Virus record (IMG/VR): IMGVR_UViG_2974717242_000001
Location: 18,357-82,356 of that record
From: Bongovirus reindeer
Taxonomy: Duplodnaviria > Heunggongvirae > Uroviricota > Caudoviricetes > Vilmaviridae
Reading direction: 5' to 3' (one strand)
DNA: 64,000 nt
Shown here piece by piece: positions 1 through 10,232 of the stretch (position 1 is the stretch's first letter; the number at the start of each line of letters is the position of its first letter). The notes under the pieces are model-generated. The model saw only the letters and a program-made list of their open reading frames with translations, did no database searches and was not told where the DNA came from. Both the position numbers and the translations under genes were made by a program.

Positions 1-4
1 TGAT

Positions 5-2923
5 TTGGCCGAGATTTGGAACTCGGTTCAGAACAAGGATCCGCTGCTCGCCGGTTTCGCGATCCAGACGGGCGCTCAGGCTTCGCGTCAGGGCGCTGCG
101 GCGATTGCTGAGCGTGCGAAGGCTGCGCGTGGCTCGTTCCAGCTGAACCCTGCTAACCCTGGGCCGTTCGCGGCGTACGCGCCGGATGGCCAGATTGTGG
201 CTAGCCAGACTGGCCAGGGTGTTCTGACGCTGAACCGGATTCCGGATCAGGCGACGCTGGATTCGTGGATGGAGCAGGGCCTGATTGATGGCCCTGGAAC
301 TATCAAGCCTGATGGTCGGTCGTATCAGCTGCAGCTGACTGCCGAGGCGACTGCTGCGCATCTGCAGAAGCTGCCTGCGTTCCGTGATGGTGGTCTGGTT
401 CGTGGTGTTGGTGGTCCTCGTAGCGACTCGAATCTGGTTCGTGTTTCAAACTTTGAGCACATCGCGAACGCGGATGCGGTGCGCTACTACGGCGTTGGGC
501 TGTTTGATGCGCTGAACCGTAAGGCTCTGCCGCGTTTCGCTGGCGGTGGTTGGCCGGGATTCATTCCGCAGCAGCCGTTTACGCCTGCGATTCCTGCGCC
601 CGCTCCCGCGCCGCAGCCTGGCGTTGTCGGTGGCATCCCTGCGCCTTCGTCGGTCGCTGCCGCTGTGCCGCCTCCTCCGGCTCCGATGGCCCCTCCGGCT
701 GTCACTACCCCGGTGGAGACGTTTACTCCGCCTACGACGTTTACAGCGGGCACTACGGGCACTCCTAGCGTGACGCCTACTCCTGCGGTGTCGAGCGTGT
801 CGAACCCTCTGACGCATGGTCTGCGTGCCGGGTTCCTGCCTGGTACCACTCCGGTGCCGACGCGTGTGCCCTACGGGCTGAAGGCTGGCACTGAGATCCC
901 CGCTGGCGGCGAGGGATTCCCAACGTGGGTGTATGCGCTGGGTGAGCGTTTCGGCGTTCAGCCTGGCACTTACGCGGGCCACCAGGAGAAGGATGGCCTG
1001 AACAAGGGCATCGACTGGACGGGCCCTGTGGCCAACATGCAGGCGTTCGCCGAGTATGTGCGGTCCATTCCTGGCCTGGAGCAGGTCATCTGGGAGAACC
1101 CAGAGACCGGTCAGCGTATCGGTGTGGATCCCGGTGATCGTGGTCCGAACCAGTCGATTGACGACTACTACGCCGATGATTGGGCGGATCACCGCAACCA
1201 TGTGCACACGCGCCAGAGCGTGTCGATTCCTCTGCCCGAGGAGCTGGGTCTGCTGGCGAATGGCGGCGACCCGTACGGGATCTCGGCGCTCATGCCTGGT
1301 GGGGCTGAGGAGAACCTGTCGCCTCTGGATGCGATTAAGCGTAAGTGGGAGAGCCTGTTTGATTTCGAGGCCCGCTACGCGAACGCGCTGGACCCTGAGA
1401 ACGTCTTCAACTTCCTGACCGGTCAGGCGAGCGCTGTTGGTAGCTCGCTGCTGGGAATCGGTACCGGTTTCCTGTCGGGCATCACGGGCATCAACTTCGG
1501 TGAGATCATCGGCCCTGGCCAGCAGATCGCCAACGAGTTCATCGGCGGTGCGCAGGATTCGAGCAGCTCGGGCGGCAACGGTGCCGATGTGGCTGGTGTG
1601 GCGCTCGACCAGTGGATGCAGGGCATCCCTGGTGTTGGGCCAGACCTGCAGGCGGCGCTGAGCGGTTTCAACCCTGCGTTGAGTGCGCCGGGGCAGAAGG
1701 GCGGCGAGGCTTACCGGCCTCTGGTGCGTCAGGTTCTGCAGCAGGTTGCCGCCAACTACGGCATCACGGATCTGAAGAAGTGGGAAGACGCCCTCGTCAA
1801 GCAGATCCAGACCGAGTCGGGTGGTGATCCGTACTCGTTCAACCCGAACGACTCGAACGGTCAGGGTGGAACGCAGACCGTCAAGGGTCTGTTGAACTTC
1901 CTGCCTTCGACGTTCAATGCGCACAACATTCTTGGCGGGTCGATTGACGATCCGGCGTCTCAGATCGCGGCGGCTATCGACTACCTGTGCACGAGCCCGA
2001 AGTATGACGGCGGTATCGCTGCGGACGGCGGGCCGGTGCAGATCGGTCGCGGTCAGGGCTTCAAGTCGGGTGGCTTCCCAGGTGGCGGTCTGGCGTGGCT
2101 GTCTCGTGGCGAGTACCGCACGGGCTCCGACGCTACTCGCTTCTACGGGCCCGCTCTGTTTGATGCGCTGAACCGTAAGGCGATTCCGCGCGAGTACTTC
2201 CGTGGCGGGTTCGCTGATGGTGGCTGGCCTTTGCTGCAGCCTCAGCCGGTGCCGGGTCAGACTCCTGGCCCGCTCCCAATGCCTGGTCCTTTGACGCCTC
2301 CTGCGGCGGCGGCACCTGGACCTTCGACCGGAGGCGCACCAGGACCGGGGGCGACTGCTCCCGCTCCCGACCCTGGTGCCCTCCCCGGTGTTGCGGATGC
2401 GGCGGCGGCGTTCGGTGTGGGTCTTCCTCAGCCGGGTGCGACTGCGCCGCAGGCTGGTGATCCGCGTTCGGTGTTGGGTGCCGCTCCGGTGTCGAATGAC
2501 CACAACAATCCTGCTTTGTCGGGCGCGATTTCGGGCGCTGCGAGCACGGTTGGCGGGTTGATCAGCTCGGCTATCGGTGCGGCTGGTGCTGCTGGCAGTG
2601 TCGCGGCTCCTGGAGCTGGCCAGGCCGCTGGTGTGGCCGGTCAGGCTGCGCAGGCGGCTGCCGCTATCGGTGGCCAGGTCATCAACGGCGCTGTGAACAT
2701 TCTGTCCTCGCTGGCGGTGGGGACGGCGACTAATGGTTCGACGGCTAGCGCTTCGGGTGTGCCGCTGCTGCCTACGCGTCAGCCTCAGCAGACGGGTGTT
2801 CCTCAGGTGGTGCAGCGGGTGGATAACCGCCAGTACCACATCACGAATCTGGATGAGTTTAAGCGTGTTCAGGCGGTGTCGGATGCTCAGGCTGCGATGC
2901 CGTACATCGGGAAGTACGAATGA
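5..2923 (+). CDS. tape measure protein (5'-truncated by window start)
   Basis: 972-aa ORF open from window start. Gly/Pro/Ala-rich low-complexity stretches, duplicated ALFDALNRKA(L/I)PR motif, SLT-like segment QTESGGDPYSFNPNDSNGQGGTQTVKGLLNFLPSTF. Sits immediately upstream of minor tail genes. Confidence 0.85.
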   Translation: MAEIWNSVQNKDPLLAGFAIQTGAQASRQGAAAIAERAKAARGSFQLNPANPGPFAAYAPDGQIVASQTGQGVLTLNRIPDQATLDSWMEQGLIDGPGTIKPDGRSYQLQLTAEATAAHLQKLPAFRDGGLVRGVGGPRSDSNLVRVSNFEHIANADAVRYYGVGLFDALNRKALPRFAGGGWPGFIPQQPFTPAIPAPAPAPQPGVVGGIPAPSSVAAAVPPPPAPMAPPAVTTPVETFTPPTTFTAGTTGTPSVTPTPAVSSVSNPLTHGLRAGFLPGTTPVPTRVPYGLKAGTEIPAGGEGFPTWVYALGERFGVQPGTYAGHQEKDGLNKGIDWTGPVANMQAFAEYVRSIPGLEQVIWENPETGQRIGVDPGDRGPNQSIDDYYADDWADHRNHVHTRQSVSIPLPEELGLLANGGDPYGISALMPGGAEENLSPLDAIKRKWESLFDFEARYANALDPENVFNFLTGQASAVGSSLLGIGTGFLSGITGINFGEIIGPGQQIANEFIGGAQDSSSSGGNGADVAGVALDQWMQGIPGVGPDLQAALSGFNPALSAPGQKGGEAYRPLVRQVLQQVAANYGITDLKKWEDALVKQIQTESGGDPYSFNPNDSNGQGGTQTVKGLLNFLPSTFNAHNILGGSIDDPASQIAAAIDYLCTSPKYDGGIAADGGPVQIGRGQGFKSGGFPGGGLAWLSRGEYRTGSDATRFYGPALFDALNRKAIPREYFRGGFADGGWPLLQPQPVPGQTPGPLPMPGPLTPPAAAAPGPSTGGAPGPGATAPAPDPGALPGVADAAAAFGVGLPQPGATAPQAGDPRSVLGAAPVSNDHNNPALSGAISGAASTVGGLISSAIGAAGAAGSVAAPGAGQAAGVAGQAAQAAAAIGGQVINGAVNILSSLAVGTATNGSTASASGVPLLPTRQPQQTGVPQVVQRVDNRQYHITNLDEFKRVQAVSDAQAAMPYIGKYE

Positions 2924-3834
2924 TGGACAATCAGGACTACACGGCCAAGATTGAGATCTTTGGCGTTCATGGTGAGTACTTCTGCATCTCGGGCCCCGGT
3001 AAGGGGGAGCAGGGCGTCGAGTTGATGCCCAAGCTCAAGGGAATGATCGACGCGCCTGTGAAGTCGCTTTGGCTTCCAGGTGCGTACGGTCAGACGTTTG
3101 TCGACTTCCGTTGGGAGCGGCGAGATGTCGTGTTCACTGTGAACATTTTCGCTGACGACGGCCACCCTGAGACGTGGCGCACTATCGATTCTCGGTGGCG
3201 GTTCGCGTTCGACTATGTGAAGGAAGCGACTATTCGCTTTACTACGTCGGATGGCTACCGGGACTTGAAGGTTCGTCTTCTGGAGGAGCCTCAGGCGTAC
3301 GACTCTGGCGAGTGGGAGGGCAAGGATCCCGCCCTGTATGCGTGCAGCACCACGGTGATGACGCTGGCGGCTGAGTTGCCGTTCTTCGTTGGGCCTTCCG
3401 ACTTCTATGAGTGGTCGGGGGAGACGATGACGGGCCGTAACTCGTTCAAGTTGAACGTTGATTGCGATGTGCCGGTGTGGCCGAAGTGGACTCTCACTGA
3501 TCAGGCTCGCTGGCGTCTGCCGGATTTCTCTTGGGGGAACCAGGAGTACGGGCGTGGCATCACTGATGCTGGCCGCACGGTGGAGCTGCCGTACCTGCCG
3601 AAGGGCGCTGGTTGTGTGGCGGATTCGGATCCGCGTGTGCAGACCCTGCTGGCAGCGAATCGCATTCACCTACAGGGACTTTGGAAGGGTAAGGATCTTC
3701 TGTACCCAATTGCGGGTGGCACCTACAGCCGTATCCCCGTCCAGGTGAAGGACGCGGCGAACGGGTTCGCGATGCGTCTGGAGGTGCCCAAGTGGTACAC
3801 CCGGCCGTGGAGTCGGCCAGTAGGAGCAATCTGA
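2920..3834 (+). CDS. minor tail protein (distal-tail-like)
   Basis: ATGA overlap with tape measure stop, 304 aa. Position directly after tape measure gene. Confidence 0.7.
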   Translation: MMDNQDYTAKIEIFGVHGEYFCISGPGKGEQGVELMPKLKGMIDAPVKSLWLPGAYGQTFVDFRWERRDVVFTVNIFADDGHPETWRTIDSRWRFAFDYVKEATIRFTTSDGYRDLKVRLLEEPQAYDSGEWEGKDPALYACSTTVMTLAAELPFFVGPSDFYEWSGETMTGRNSFKLNVDCDVPVWPKWTLTDQARWRLPDFSWGNQEYGRGITDAGRTVELPYLPKGAGCVADSDPRVQTLLAANRIHLQGLWKGKDLLYPIAGGTYSRIPVQVKDAANGFAMRLEVPKWYTRPWSRPVGAI

Positions 3835-3835
3835 C

Positions 3836-5572
3836 ATGACCGCACCTGTTTTGGACCGGCTCACCGAGCTGGACGGTATCGATAAGGCTGTCACCAGTTG
3901 GCGTGAAGAGCTGTCGTGGATGCGTGCCGCGAAGCCGATGATCACGTTCTACCGCAACCCTTCTGACGGCGTCGGGTTGGAGTATTACGGTCGGGTTGCC
4001 TACCAGGACACGATCCGTGCGTCGTTCCCGTTCAAGAAGAACGTGTCGGCGCAGGGTGTGCTGGAGCTGCGGTTTGATCACTACATCTCGGAGTGGATGC
4101 GTGCCATTCCGGATGATCCGCATGAGAAGAAGAACGTCATCATCCGTGTGGACTTCTTCGGCGGGAAGTTGCGCTGGACTGGTCTGCTGCATCACGTTGC
4201 GAAGAAGCAGCGCGACGGCATGTACTACATGGAGCTGACGTTCAACGATGATCTGCAGTTCCTGCAGTTCCTGTTGGGCCCTCCAAATCCTGCGCTACCG
4301 ATCCCGGTGTTCCAGTGGCCTCGAGTGCTGCCAATCCTGGGGCCTGCGAAGTGGGCATGCTCAATCATGGTGCTGCTCAACCTGATTCGCAAGGAGGGCA
4401 ACCTTTGGCAGCTTCCGGACGACCCCTTCGATCTTAGTCAGTGGCTCGCTCTGTCGCCAACGGAGTGGAAGAACTGGCAGGTGCACATCAAGTGCAACCC
4501 GCTGCCGCTCGATGACTCGTCGCTGTGGACGGTTCTCGGCACGCGTATGAATCCGATCGATTCGGTTCTGGCGGATGCGCTGGAGGATGCGCAGCTGACG
4601 ATCCGTTGGCGGCGCGTATTCACTGACGAGGGCGAGTCGGAGACTGGTCTGCTGTTCGTGGACACCCCGGCCAATGGTGCGCTGGTGTTCGAACTCGTTG
4701 ATGACAGTGGCTACTACAACACTCTGTTGGGTGGCACGTTCCTGGGCGGCACCATCGTGGACGGCATGGTGCGCTCGGTGGTGCAGTACATCGGCGGGTT
4801 CATTGAGGACACTGGCCAGCTCATCGTGGACGACGAGTCCTACGCGCCTGATGAATACTTCGGGCGAGGTTGGCTAGCGACACTAGCCCAAATGCCGTGG
4901 TTGGTGATCCGGGACAGCAGTTGGTCACCAATCGACACGGCAGAGATGACGTGGAGTCCCGCCACGGCAGTCAGTGTGGTTGTGGGTGGAGACAATCCGG
5001 CCGCAGATGCCATCGCCCGTCTGATCATCGAGACGACGGGCAATATCTTGGGCTACTTCCTGCTGGGTGGGTTCTCGTCGGCGGGAACGATTGCCGCTGA
5101 CGTGATCATGCCGTTCCTGCAGGGCACCATCGCGGCGTGGCTGGAGTGGAAGAATACTGCTCGTGCCCGCAACTTGGGTTGGGTTCACCTGTGGGAGCTG
5201 TACCAGCAGGGCGCTGAGAACAACAGCTGGAGCCTGTCGGCGCTGGCGGCTCTGCGTGGTGGCTTCCTGGCTTCGCGTTCGGAGACCAGCCACACTCTGT
5301 CGCTGCACGGCAACTCGTGGATCATCCCTGGGGCCCACTTCCACATTGGTTCCCGAATCGGTTCCACCTCACGCGGTTACGACAATCTGATTTTCGTTGC
5401 GCAGTGTGAGGAGATCATTCCGGCGTGGGATAACAGCAATAGTCAGCCGCTAAGTGTTCAAGTGAAAATCGGTCAGAACAAGGCGGCGATGAGCGTTGGA
5501 GAACGTTTGGCGCGCTTGACAAAGAAGGTGCGTGACATTCTGCAGAACATTGGCGTGCATCTCGTCAGCTAA
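3836..5572 (+). CDS. minor tail protein
   Basis: 578-aa ORF, 1-nt gap after previous stop. Typical large tail-tip gene position. Confidence 0.7.
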   Translation: MTAPVLDRLTELDGIDKAVTSWREELSWMRAAKPMITFYRNPSDGVGLEYYGRVAYQDTIRASFPFKKNVSAQGVLELRFDHYISEWMRAIPDDPHEKKNVIIRVDFFGGKLRWTGLLHHVAKKQRDGMYYMELTFNDDLQFLQFLLGPPNPALPIPVFQWPRVLPILGPAKWACSIMVLLNLIRKEGNLWQLPDDPFDLSQWLALSPTEWKNWQVHIKCNPLPLDDSSLWTVLGTRMNPIDSVLADALEDAQLTIRWRRVFTDEGESETGLLFVDTPANGALVFELVDDSGYYNTLLGGTFLGGTIVDGMVRSVVQYIGGFIEDTGQLIVDDESYAPDEYFGRGWLATLAQMPWLVIRDSSWSPIDTAEMTWSPATAVSVVVGGDNPAADAIARLIIETTGNILGYFLLGGFSSAGTIAADVIMPFLQGTIAAWLEWKNTARARNLGWVHLWELYQQGAENNSWSLSALAALRGGFLASRSETSHTLSLHGNSWIIPGAHFHIGSRIGSTSRGYDNLIFVAQCEEIIPAWDNSNSQPLSVQVKIGQNKAAMSVGERLARLTKKVRDILQNIGVHLVS

Positions 5573-5625
5573 TTAGCTTGCCTATGTTCCATGAGATAAT
5601 GGGATGTAGTGGTTAAGGAGCAGAT

Positions 5626-6084
5626 ATGCCGCTGAATGTTCATCCGCCTGACCCGAATCATCCGAAGGGTATGGCGTGGGTGCTCGGTGTGGGGATGGTG
5701 GATCCCCGCCCGAGTGCGCCGACCGACCGCCAGCCGATGGCGATCACGCAGTCGTGGGAACCAACCAGTGAGATCTGGTGGGCACTCGGATTGCGTTGGC
5801 ACCCAGAGCTTGCCACGAAGTGGGCTCGCGGTGGTGGCCAGTTCGAGGTCGCTGAACTTCTCGATGAGAAGCCGGAAGAAGACGAGATCACTCTGGAACA
5901 GGGCGCGGAAGAGGTTCTGGAGTTCATCGGCCAGGAGCATCCCGAGTATGCGGAGATGCTGAAGAAGATCCACAGCGCCGGTTCGGACGCGGAGCGCATC
6001 AAGCTCGTCAAGCAGTTCGACACCGAAATCAAGCGCCTGATGACGCTAATGAAGTATGTGAGCACTAAGCCAGTAGAGGAGTAG
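5626..6084 (+). CDS. hypothetical protein (tail module)
   Basis: 152-aa ORF with RBS AAGGAG upstream of ATG, acidic C-terminus. Confidence 0.6.
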   Translation: MPLNVHPPDPNHPKGMAWVLGVGMVDPRPSAPTDRQPMAITQSWEPTSEIWWALGLRWHPELATKWARGGGQFEVAELLDEKPEEDEITLEQGAEEVLEFIGQEHPEYAEMLKKIHSAGSDAERIKLVKQFDTEIKRLMTLMKYVSTKPVEE

Positions 6085-6089
6085 AACCT

Positions 6090-8330
6090 ATGGGAGGAAT
6101 CCCAACCGGGTCGGATCCTTCTGGCTACAACATTGAGGGCTGGGACGGTCCCGTTGTTGGTGCTGGGCTTGCCAATCTGCAGGGTCGCACTGAGGATGCG
6201 ATCAAGTCGATGCTGCAGCAGCGCGTGTCGAATAACAACACGCTGAAGGAATTCTCGGACAAGGTTTTCGAGGGCCTCGAAGCCAGCCTGGGTATCGTGG
6301 TGGCCCCGATCAAGGCGTTGGTGGAGCGGATGTTTCCGTTCATCGACTTTGACGGCGTGGTCACCATGGCTGAGCTGTTGGCTTTGATTCAGCGTGTCCC
6401 TCTGCTGGGCGATTTTGTTGAGCTGATTCTCGGCGTTGAGGATGGCGACGAGAGTGACCTTGGCACTTTCTTTTTGAACCTGCGCCAGTTCTTTTCGAGC
6501 ATCGACTTCCTCGATCCTGGGTTCGATCCGCAGACCGCTGCGGCGGCGTTCGTGAAGGACGTTGTCCAGCCATTCATCATCACGATTTCGCGGATCACTG
6601 CGGCGCTGCTCGGCCCTCTGCCGATTGGCATGCTGACTGACCAGAAGGTCACTCTCTTGCTTGAGGGTGGGTTTGACGATCCGGTGACCATCGTTGAGGG
6701 GTCGGGCTATGTCCATGACGCCACCGATGGTGTCTCGACTCCTCTGGGCTGTGCTGCGGTCGAGTGTGATGGCCAGTGGCATCTGCTTGTCACCGAGCCA
6801 ATTCGGGTGGCCCCTGGCTGGGTTTTGAAGGCTGGCGCGAAGGTCAAGTACGACAACGTCGTTGCCGCTGAAGGGTCGAACGCGATCCGGATCGAGCTGG
6901 TTCCGTACAACGAGTCTGAGCCTGGCGAGCTGGTGTGGATGGCCAGCGACGAGTCGCCCAGTGGCACGGTGGACTGGGGTGACCTAAACGCGTGGGGCGA
7001 GTACACGGTTCCCGCGACCGGTGTCACCCATGTGGGCCTGCAGCTGGTGACGGCCGACGCTGCCACTGGCGGCGGGGTGAAGTGGGACGACGTTTACCTG
7101 CAGTCGACGGAGAGGATCCCGCAGAACTTCACGCAGAATCTGGTTGAGGATCTGACCACCCTGTGGAACGGTCTGGGCAGCTTGATTGATCAGCTGCTGA
7201 CCCGGCTGGGTATTGAGCCGGTTGGCGATTTGCTGGACAAGATTTTCGACCTGTCTGACGAGATCGAGTGGATTCAGCAGAAGGCGCAGGAGGGTGCCGA
7301 AGACGCGGCGCAGGCTCTTGCTGATCTTCAGGATCTGTTGCAGAAGCTGTTGACGAATCCGGCGGCAGTGCTGGGCACTATCACCCAGTCGATGGTTGAC
7401 GGTCTGCCTGGCGCGTTGTCGTCGCTGTCGGGTGGTATCACGTCGGCGATCTCTGACATTTCGCATGCCATCTTCTCGGGTTGGCGTGGGTCTTCGAGCG
7501 GCGGCGGTGGCACGGTGGCTGACATTCAGCAGACCATCGAGATCATCCAGAAGGCCGTGTACGGCGGTTACACCGTGGAGACCATTGTCAGTGATCAGAC
7601 TTGGACTCGCCCGTTTGATCCGGCTGAGTGCCTGGAGTTTTGGGCTGTCCCTGTTGGTGGCGGTGGCCGTGGAGACACGGGTGATGTGGCGCGGCTGAAC
7701 ACCGACGAGGTGCGCACTGTGCTCGGCGGGCTGGGCGGCATTGACGGCGGCTACAACGCGGTGCAGCTGGATCCCGCTTCGATTCCTGAGACTGTGGAGT
7801 GCACGATTGGGCCCGCAGCTACGACTGCGGCGACTACTGGCGGGGTTACCTCGTTCGGGTCTCTCGCGCAGTCGGTGCCGGGTATCGGCGCGATCAGCAA
7901 TGGTGTCGGCTTCATCGCTGCTTCGTCCAAGCCTGGGCGCGGTGGTGATGGTGGCAGTGCGTTCATGTCGCGGGCGAATAGCACCACCACCTCGTCCACG
8001 CCAGGTAAGGCGGGTGAGGGTTCTGCGTTGGCTGCTGGTGGAACTGCTGGGGCGGCGAACGGTGGAACTGGTGGGGCTGGAGATTCCGCCCCGATGACTG
8101 GCGAGCGCAAGGCTGGTGGCGGCGGTGGTGGCGGCGGCGGTGGCCGGTCGGCCAACCAGGCGGGCACGGTCACTGGCGGCACTGGCGGCAACGGTGGATT
8201 CCCTGGCGGCGCATCTGGTGGCGGTGGGGCTGCGGCCAACATCGGCACCGTTGGCTTCAATGTGGCTGCTGGTCAGCCTGGAACGCCAGCGAACGGCTGC
8301 CTCTTCCTGATTTACAAGCTGGAGAGCTGA
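6090..8330 (+). CDS. minor tail protein with glycine-rich (collagen-like) C-terminus
   Basis: 746 aa, RBS GAGGAG. C-terminal 150 aa are almost pure Gly with GGxGG repeats. Confidence 0.7.
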   Translation: MGGIPTGSDPSGYNIEGWDGPVVGAGLANLQGRTEDAIKSMLQQRVSNNNTLKEFSDKVFEGLEASLGIVVAPIKALVERMFPFIDFDGVVTMAELLALIQRVPLLGDFVELILGVEDGDESDLGTFFLNLRQFFSSIDFLDPGFDPQTAAAAFVKDVVQPFIITISRITAALLGPLPIGMLTDQKVTLLLEGGFDDPVTIVEGSGYVHDATDGVSTPLGCAAVECDGQWHLLVTEPIRVAPGWVLKAGAKVKYDNVVAAEGSNAIRIELVPYNESEPGELVWMASDESPSGTVDWGDLNAWGEYTVPATGVTHVGLQLVTADAATGGGVKWDDVYLQSTERIPQNFTQNLVEDLTTLWNGLGSLIDQLLTRLGIEPVGDLLDKIFDLSDEIEWIQQKAQEGAEDAAQALADLQDLLQKLLTNPAAVLGTITQSMVDGLPGALSSLSGGITSAISDISHAIFSGWRGSSSGGGGTVADIQQTIEIIQKAVYGGYTVETIVSDQTWTRPFDPAECLEFWAVPVGGGGRGDTGDVARLNTDEVRTVLGGLGGIDGGYNAVQLDPASIPETVECTIGPAATTAATTGGVTSFGSLAQSVPGIGAISNGVGFIAASSKPGRGGDGGSAFMSRANSTTTSSTPGKAGEGSALAAGGTAGAANGGTGGAGDSAPMTGERKAGGGGGGGGGGRSANQAGTVTGGTGGNGGFPGGASGGGGAAANIGTVGFNVAAGQPGTPANGCLFLIYKLES

Positions 8331-8331
8331 T

Positions 8332-8589
8332 ATGGCGTACGCAGAACTTCTCGATACGGACATGGGCACGTGGTGCCCGGTGACGAAGCATTACCGGATC
8401 ACTGACGGTTCGGGGGTTTCCTACCTCGCGGTGACTCGCGTCAGTTTCGTGACGGCATCGGGTCGGGTTGAGGCTTTCGCCTGCAGCGAGAACGGCATGG
8501 CTCTGTCGCTGTCTCCGGTGTGGACCGTTGAGGACATGACGCATGAGGATGCTTTGGCGGCCAAGGGTATTGAACTTCGCGAAGGGTAA
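8332..8589 (+). CDS. hypothetical protein
   Basis: 85-aa ORF starting 1 nt after previous stop. Confidence 0.5.
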   Translation: MAYAELLDTDMGTWCPVTKHYRITDGSGVSYLAVTRVSFVTASGRVEAFACSENGMALSLSPVWTVEDMTHEDALAAKGIELREG

Positions 8590-8595
8590 CGGCTA

Positions 8596-9645
8596 ATGCC
8601 ATGGGCACCTACGCCGACCTTCTCTCAGCGAGTGCCTCAGCCTGGGTGGTTTCCGGAGGTTCCGGCCGCAGATCCGGTTGCGCACGCCCCGGCGTGGTTC
8701 CCGTTCTGGCGACTCCTCGTCGGCGACGAGGGTGTCGGTAGCGATTCGGCAACTCTGCGGGCTGCCATCCTCGCTGCGGGCGATGGTGTCGGCACTGACG
8801 TTGCGTCGATGACTTTCCCTGGCCTTGTCGGCGTTGACCACGGTGTCGGCTCTGACCTTGCCGATCTGGGCTTGGTGGGCGTCGATCAGGGTGTCGGCGC
8901 GGATCTGGCCGGGGTGGGCCTCTACGCGGTGGATCTGGGCGCTGGATCGGATGGCGCTCTGGTCAAGCTGTTCTTCGTTGTGGGGGATCAGGCGTGTGGC
9001 GCGGACGTTGCGGCGCTTCTGATCCCGATGGGAACTCACGCCGCTCAGGGTGTCGGTTCGGACAGTGCGACAGCCGGGTTCGCTACTCATGCACCGTTGG
9101 CGGCGTCGTTCACCAACGCTGGGGCGTACACGTTCACGATCCCGGTGTGGTGCCGCTACATCGACGTGATCTTGCTGGGCGGCGGCGGTGGTGGTCGCGG
9201 CATGATCAACCTCGGCGCGTGGGGCGAGGGCGGTTGGGGTGGCAACTGGGCCATCTACACGCTGGAGCGCGGGGTGCATATTCCTTGGACGGCTCGCACG
9301 ATCACTGGTGTAGTTGGCGCGGGTGGCGCTGGTAGTGCCTCTGGGTTTGCCCCGGCTCGTGGAAAGACTGGTGAGTCGACAACCGCAGCGACGGACGGAT
9401 GGTCGGGTGTGGCGACTGGCGGGGTCGGTGGGCAGAACGCTGTCGAACCTAACGGCCGCGCGGTGAGCCCGCTTACGCAGACGGTTACGGGGCAGACGTA
9501 CACGGGTGGCGGCGTGGTCGTGCCTAGCACGACGGGCCCCGCTGCTGGTGCGGTGCCCGGTGGTGGCGGGTCGGCGGCGATCACAACATTCCAGTCGGGC
9601 GCTACTGGGGGCCGTGGTCGGGCGTGGTTCTACTGCTACCAGTGA
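8596..9645 (+). CDS. minor tail protein with internal G(V/A)GxD tandem repeats and Gly-rich domain
   Basis: 349 aa. About 54-bp periodic repeat GGTGTCGGCNCNGAC over 8722-9070. GGGGGGRG and WGEGGWGG motifs. Confidence 0.65.
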   Translation: MPWAPTPTFSQRVPQPGWFPEVPAADPVAHAPAWFPFWRLLVGDEGVGSDSATLRAAILAAGDGVGTDVASMTFPGLVGVDHGVGSDLADLGLVGVDQGVGADLAGVGLYAVDLGAGSDGALVKLFFVVGDQACGADVAALLIPMGTHAAQGVGSDSATAGFATHAPLAASFTNAGAYTFTIPVWCRYIDVILLGGGGGGRGMINLGAWGEGGWGGNWAIYTLERGVHIPWTARTITGVVGAGGAGSASGFAPARGKTGESTTAATDGWSGVATGGVGGQNAVEPNGRAVSPLTQTVTGQTYTGGGVVVPSTTGPAAGAVPGGGGSAAITTFQSGATGGRGRAWFYCYQ

Positions 9646-9674
9646 CCGACTTCCATTGCGGAGCTGCAACAATC

Positions 9675-10193
9675 ATGAAGGGCATCGAATTGAGCAACCC
9701 CGTCAACGCTGAGGACTACGAGTTCGCCTTCTACTTCAGCGTCAAGGGTATGAAGGTGTCGGGCCCTGGCGATCCGGACACGTGGTACCCGAATATCCAG
9801 TACGGGCTGCGTGGGGTTGGCGACCAGCCGCCGCCACTGATCCTGCAGGCATATCTGATGAATGTCGGGTTGGGCTCCGATCCAGAGAGTGTGCGTTTCG
9901 CGATCCTCTACACGGAGCCGGTGACCTGGACTGAGGTGACGCCGGAAGATGCTGCGGCGCTGCCAGGTTCGGTTGAGAATTATTCGTTCGCGATCATGGG
10001 CGATTCCATGGACGAGAACGGGGAACCGTTCCGTCTCGGCCTGGTCGGCGATGGCGCATACGGGCTTGAGTCGTCGCTGATCACCCTCCCGATCTACCTG
10101 GACATGCAGGACGAAGAAGGTTCGCAGTGGAACAATATCTCGTTCTGCTATGCGCCCCGAATTGATTGGGCGGTTTGGGAGATCGGCACGTAA
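9675..10193 (+). CDS. hypothetical protein (tail module)
   Basis: ATG at 9675 after GGAG. Track ORF 9624 extends upstream with an alternative start. Confidence 0.55.
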   Translation: MKGIELSNPVNAEDYEFAFYFSVKGMKVSGPGDPDTWYPNIQYGLRGVGDQPPPLILQAYLMNVGLGSDPESVRFAILYTEPVTWTEVTPEDAAALPGSVENYSFAIMGDSMDENGEPFRLGLVGDGAYGLESSLITLPIYLDMQDEEGSQWNNISFCYAPRIDWAVWEIGT

Positions 10194-10232
10194 TCGACCG
10201 TGCTGCAACGGTAATCAACTACAGGAGACTTG

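Noticed and set aside
446-2839. 797-aa minus-strand ORF antisense to the tape measure gene (and nested 487-849, 1423-1671 ORFs)
   Set aside because: Arg/Ser/Thr-rich translation typical of the antisense frame of a high-GC gene. No start context. Fully overlapped by a well-supported gene.
8722-9070. CRISPR array
   Set aside because: Repeats are in-frame coding repeats of a tail protein with degenerate units. No cas genes. No spacer-repeat regularity elsewhere.
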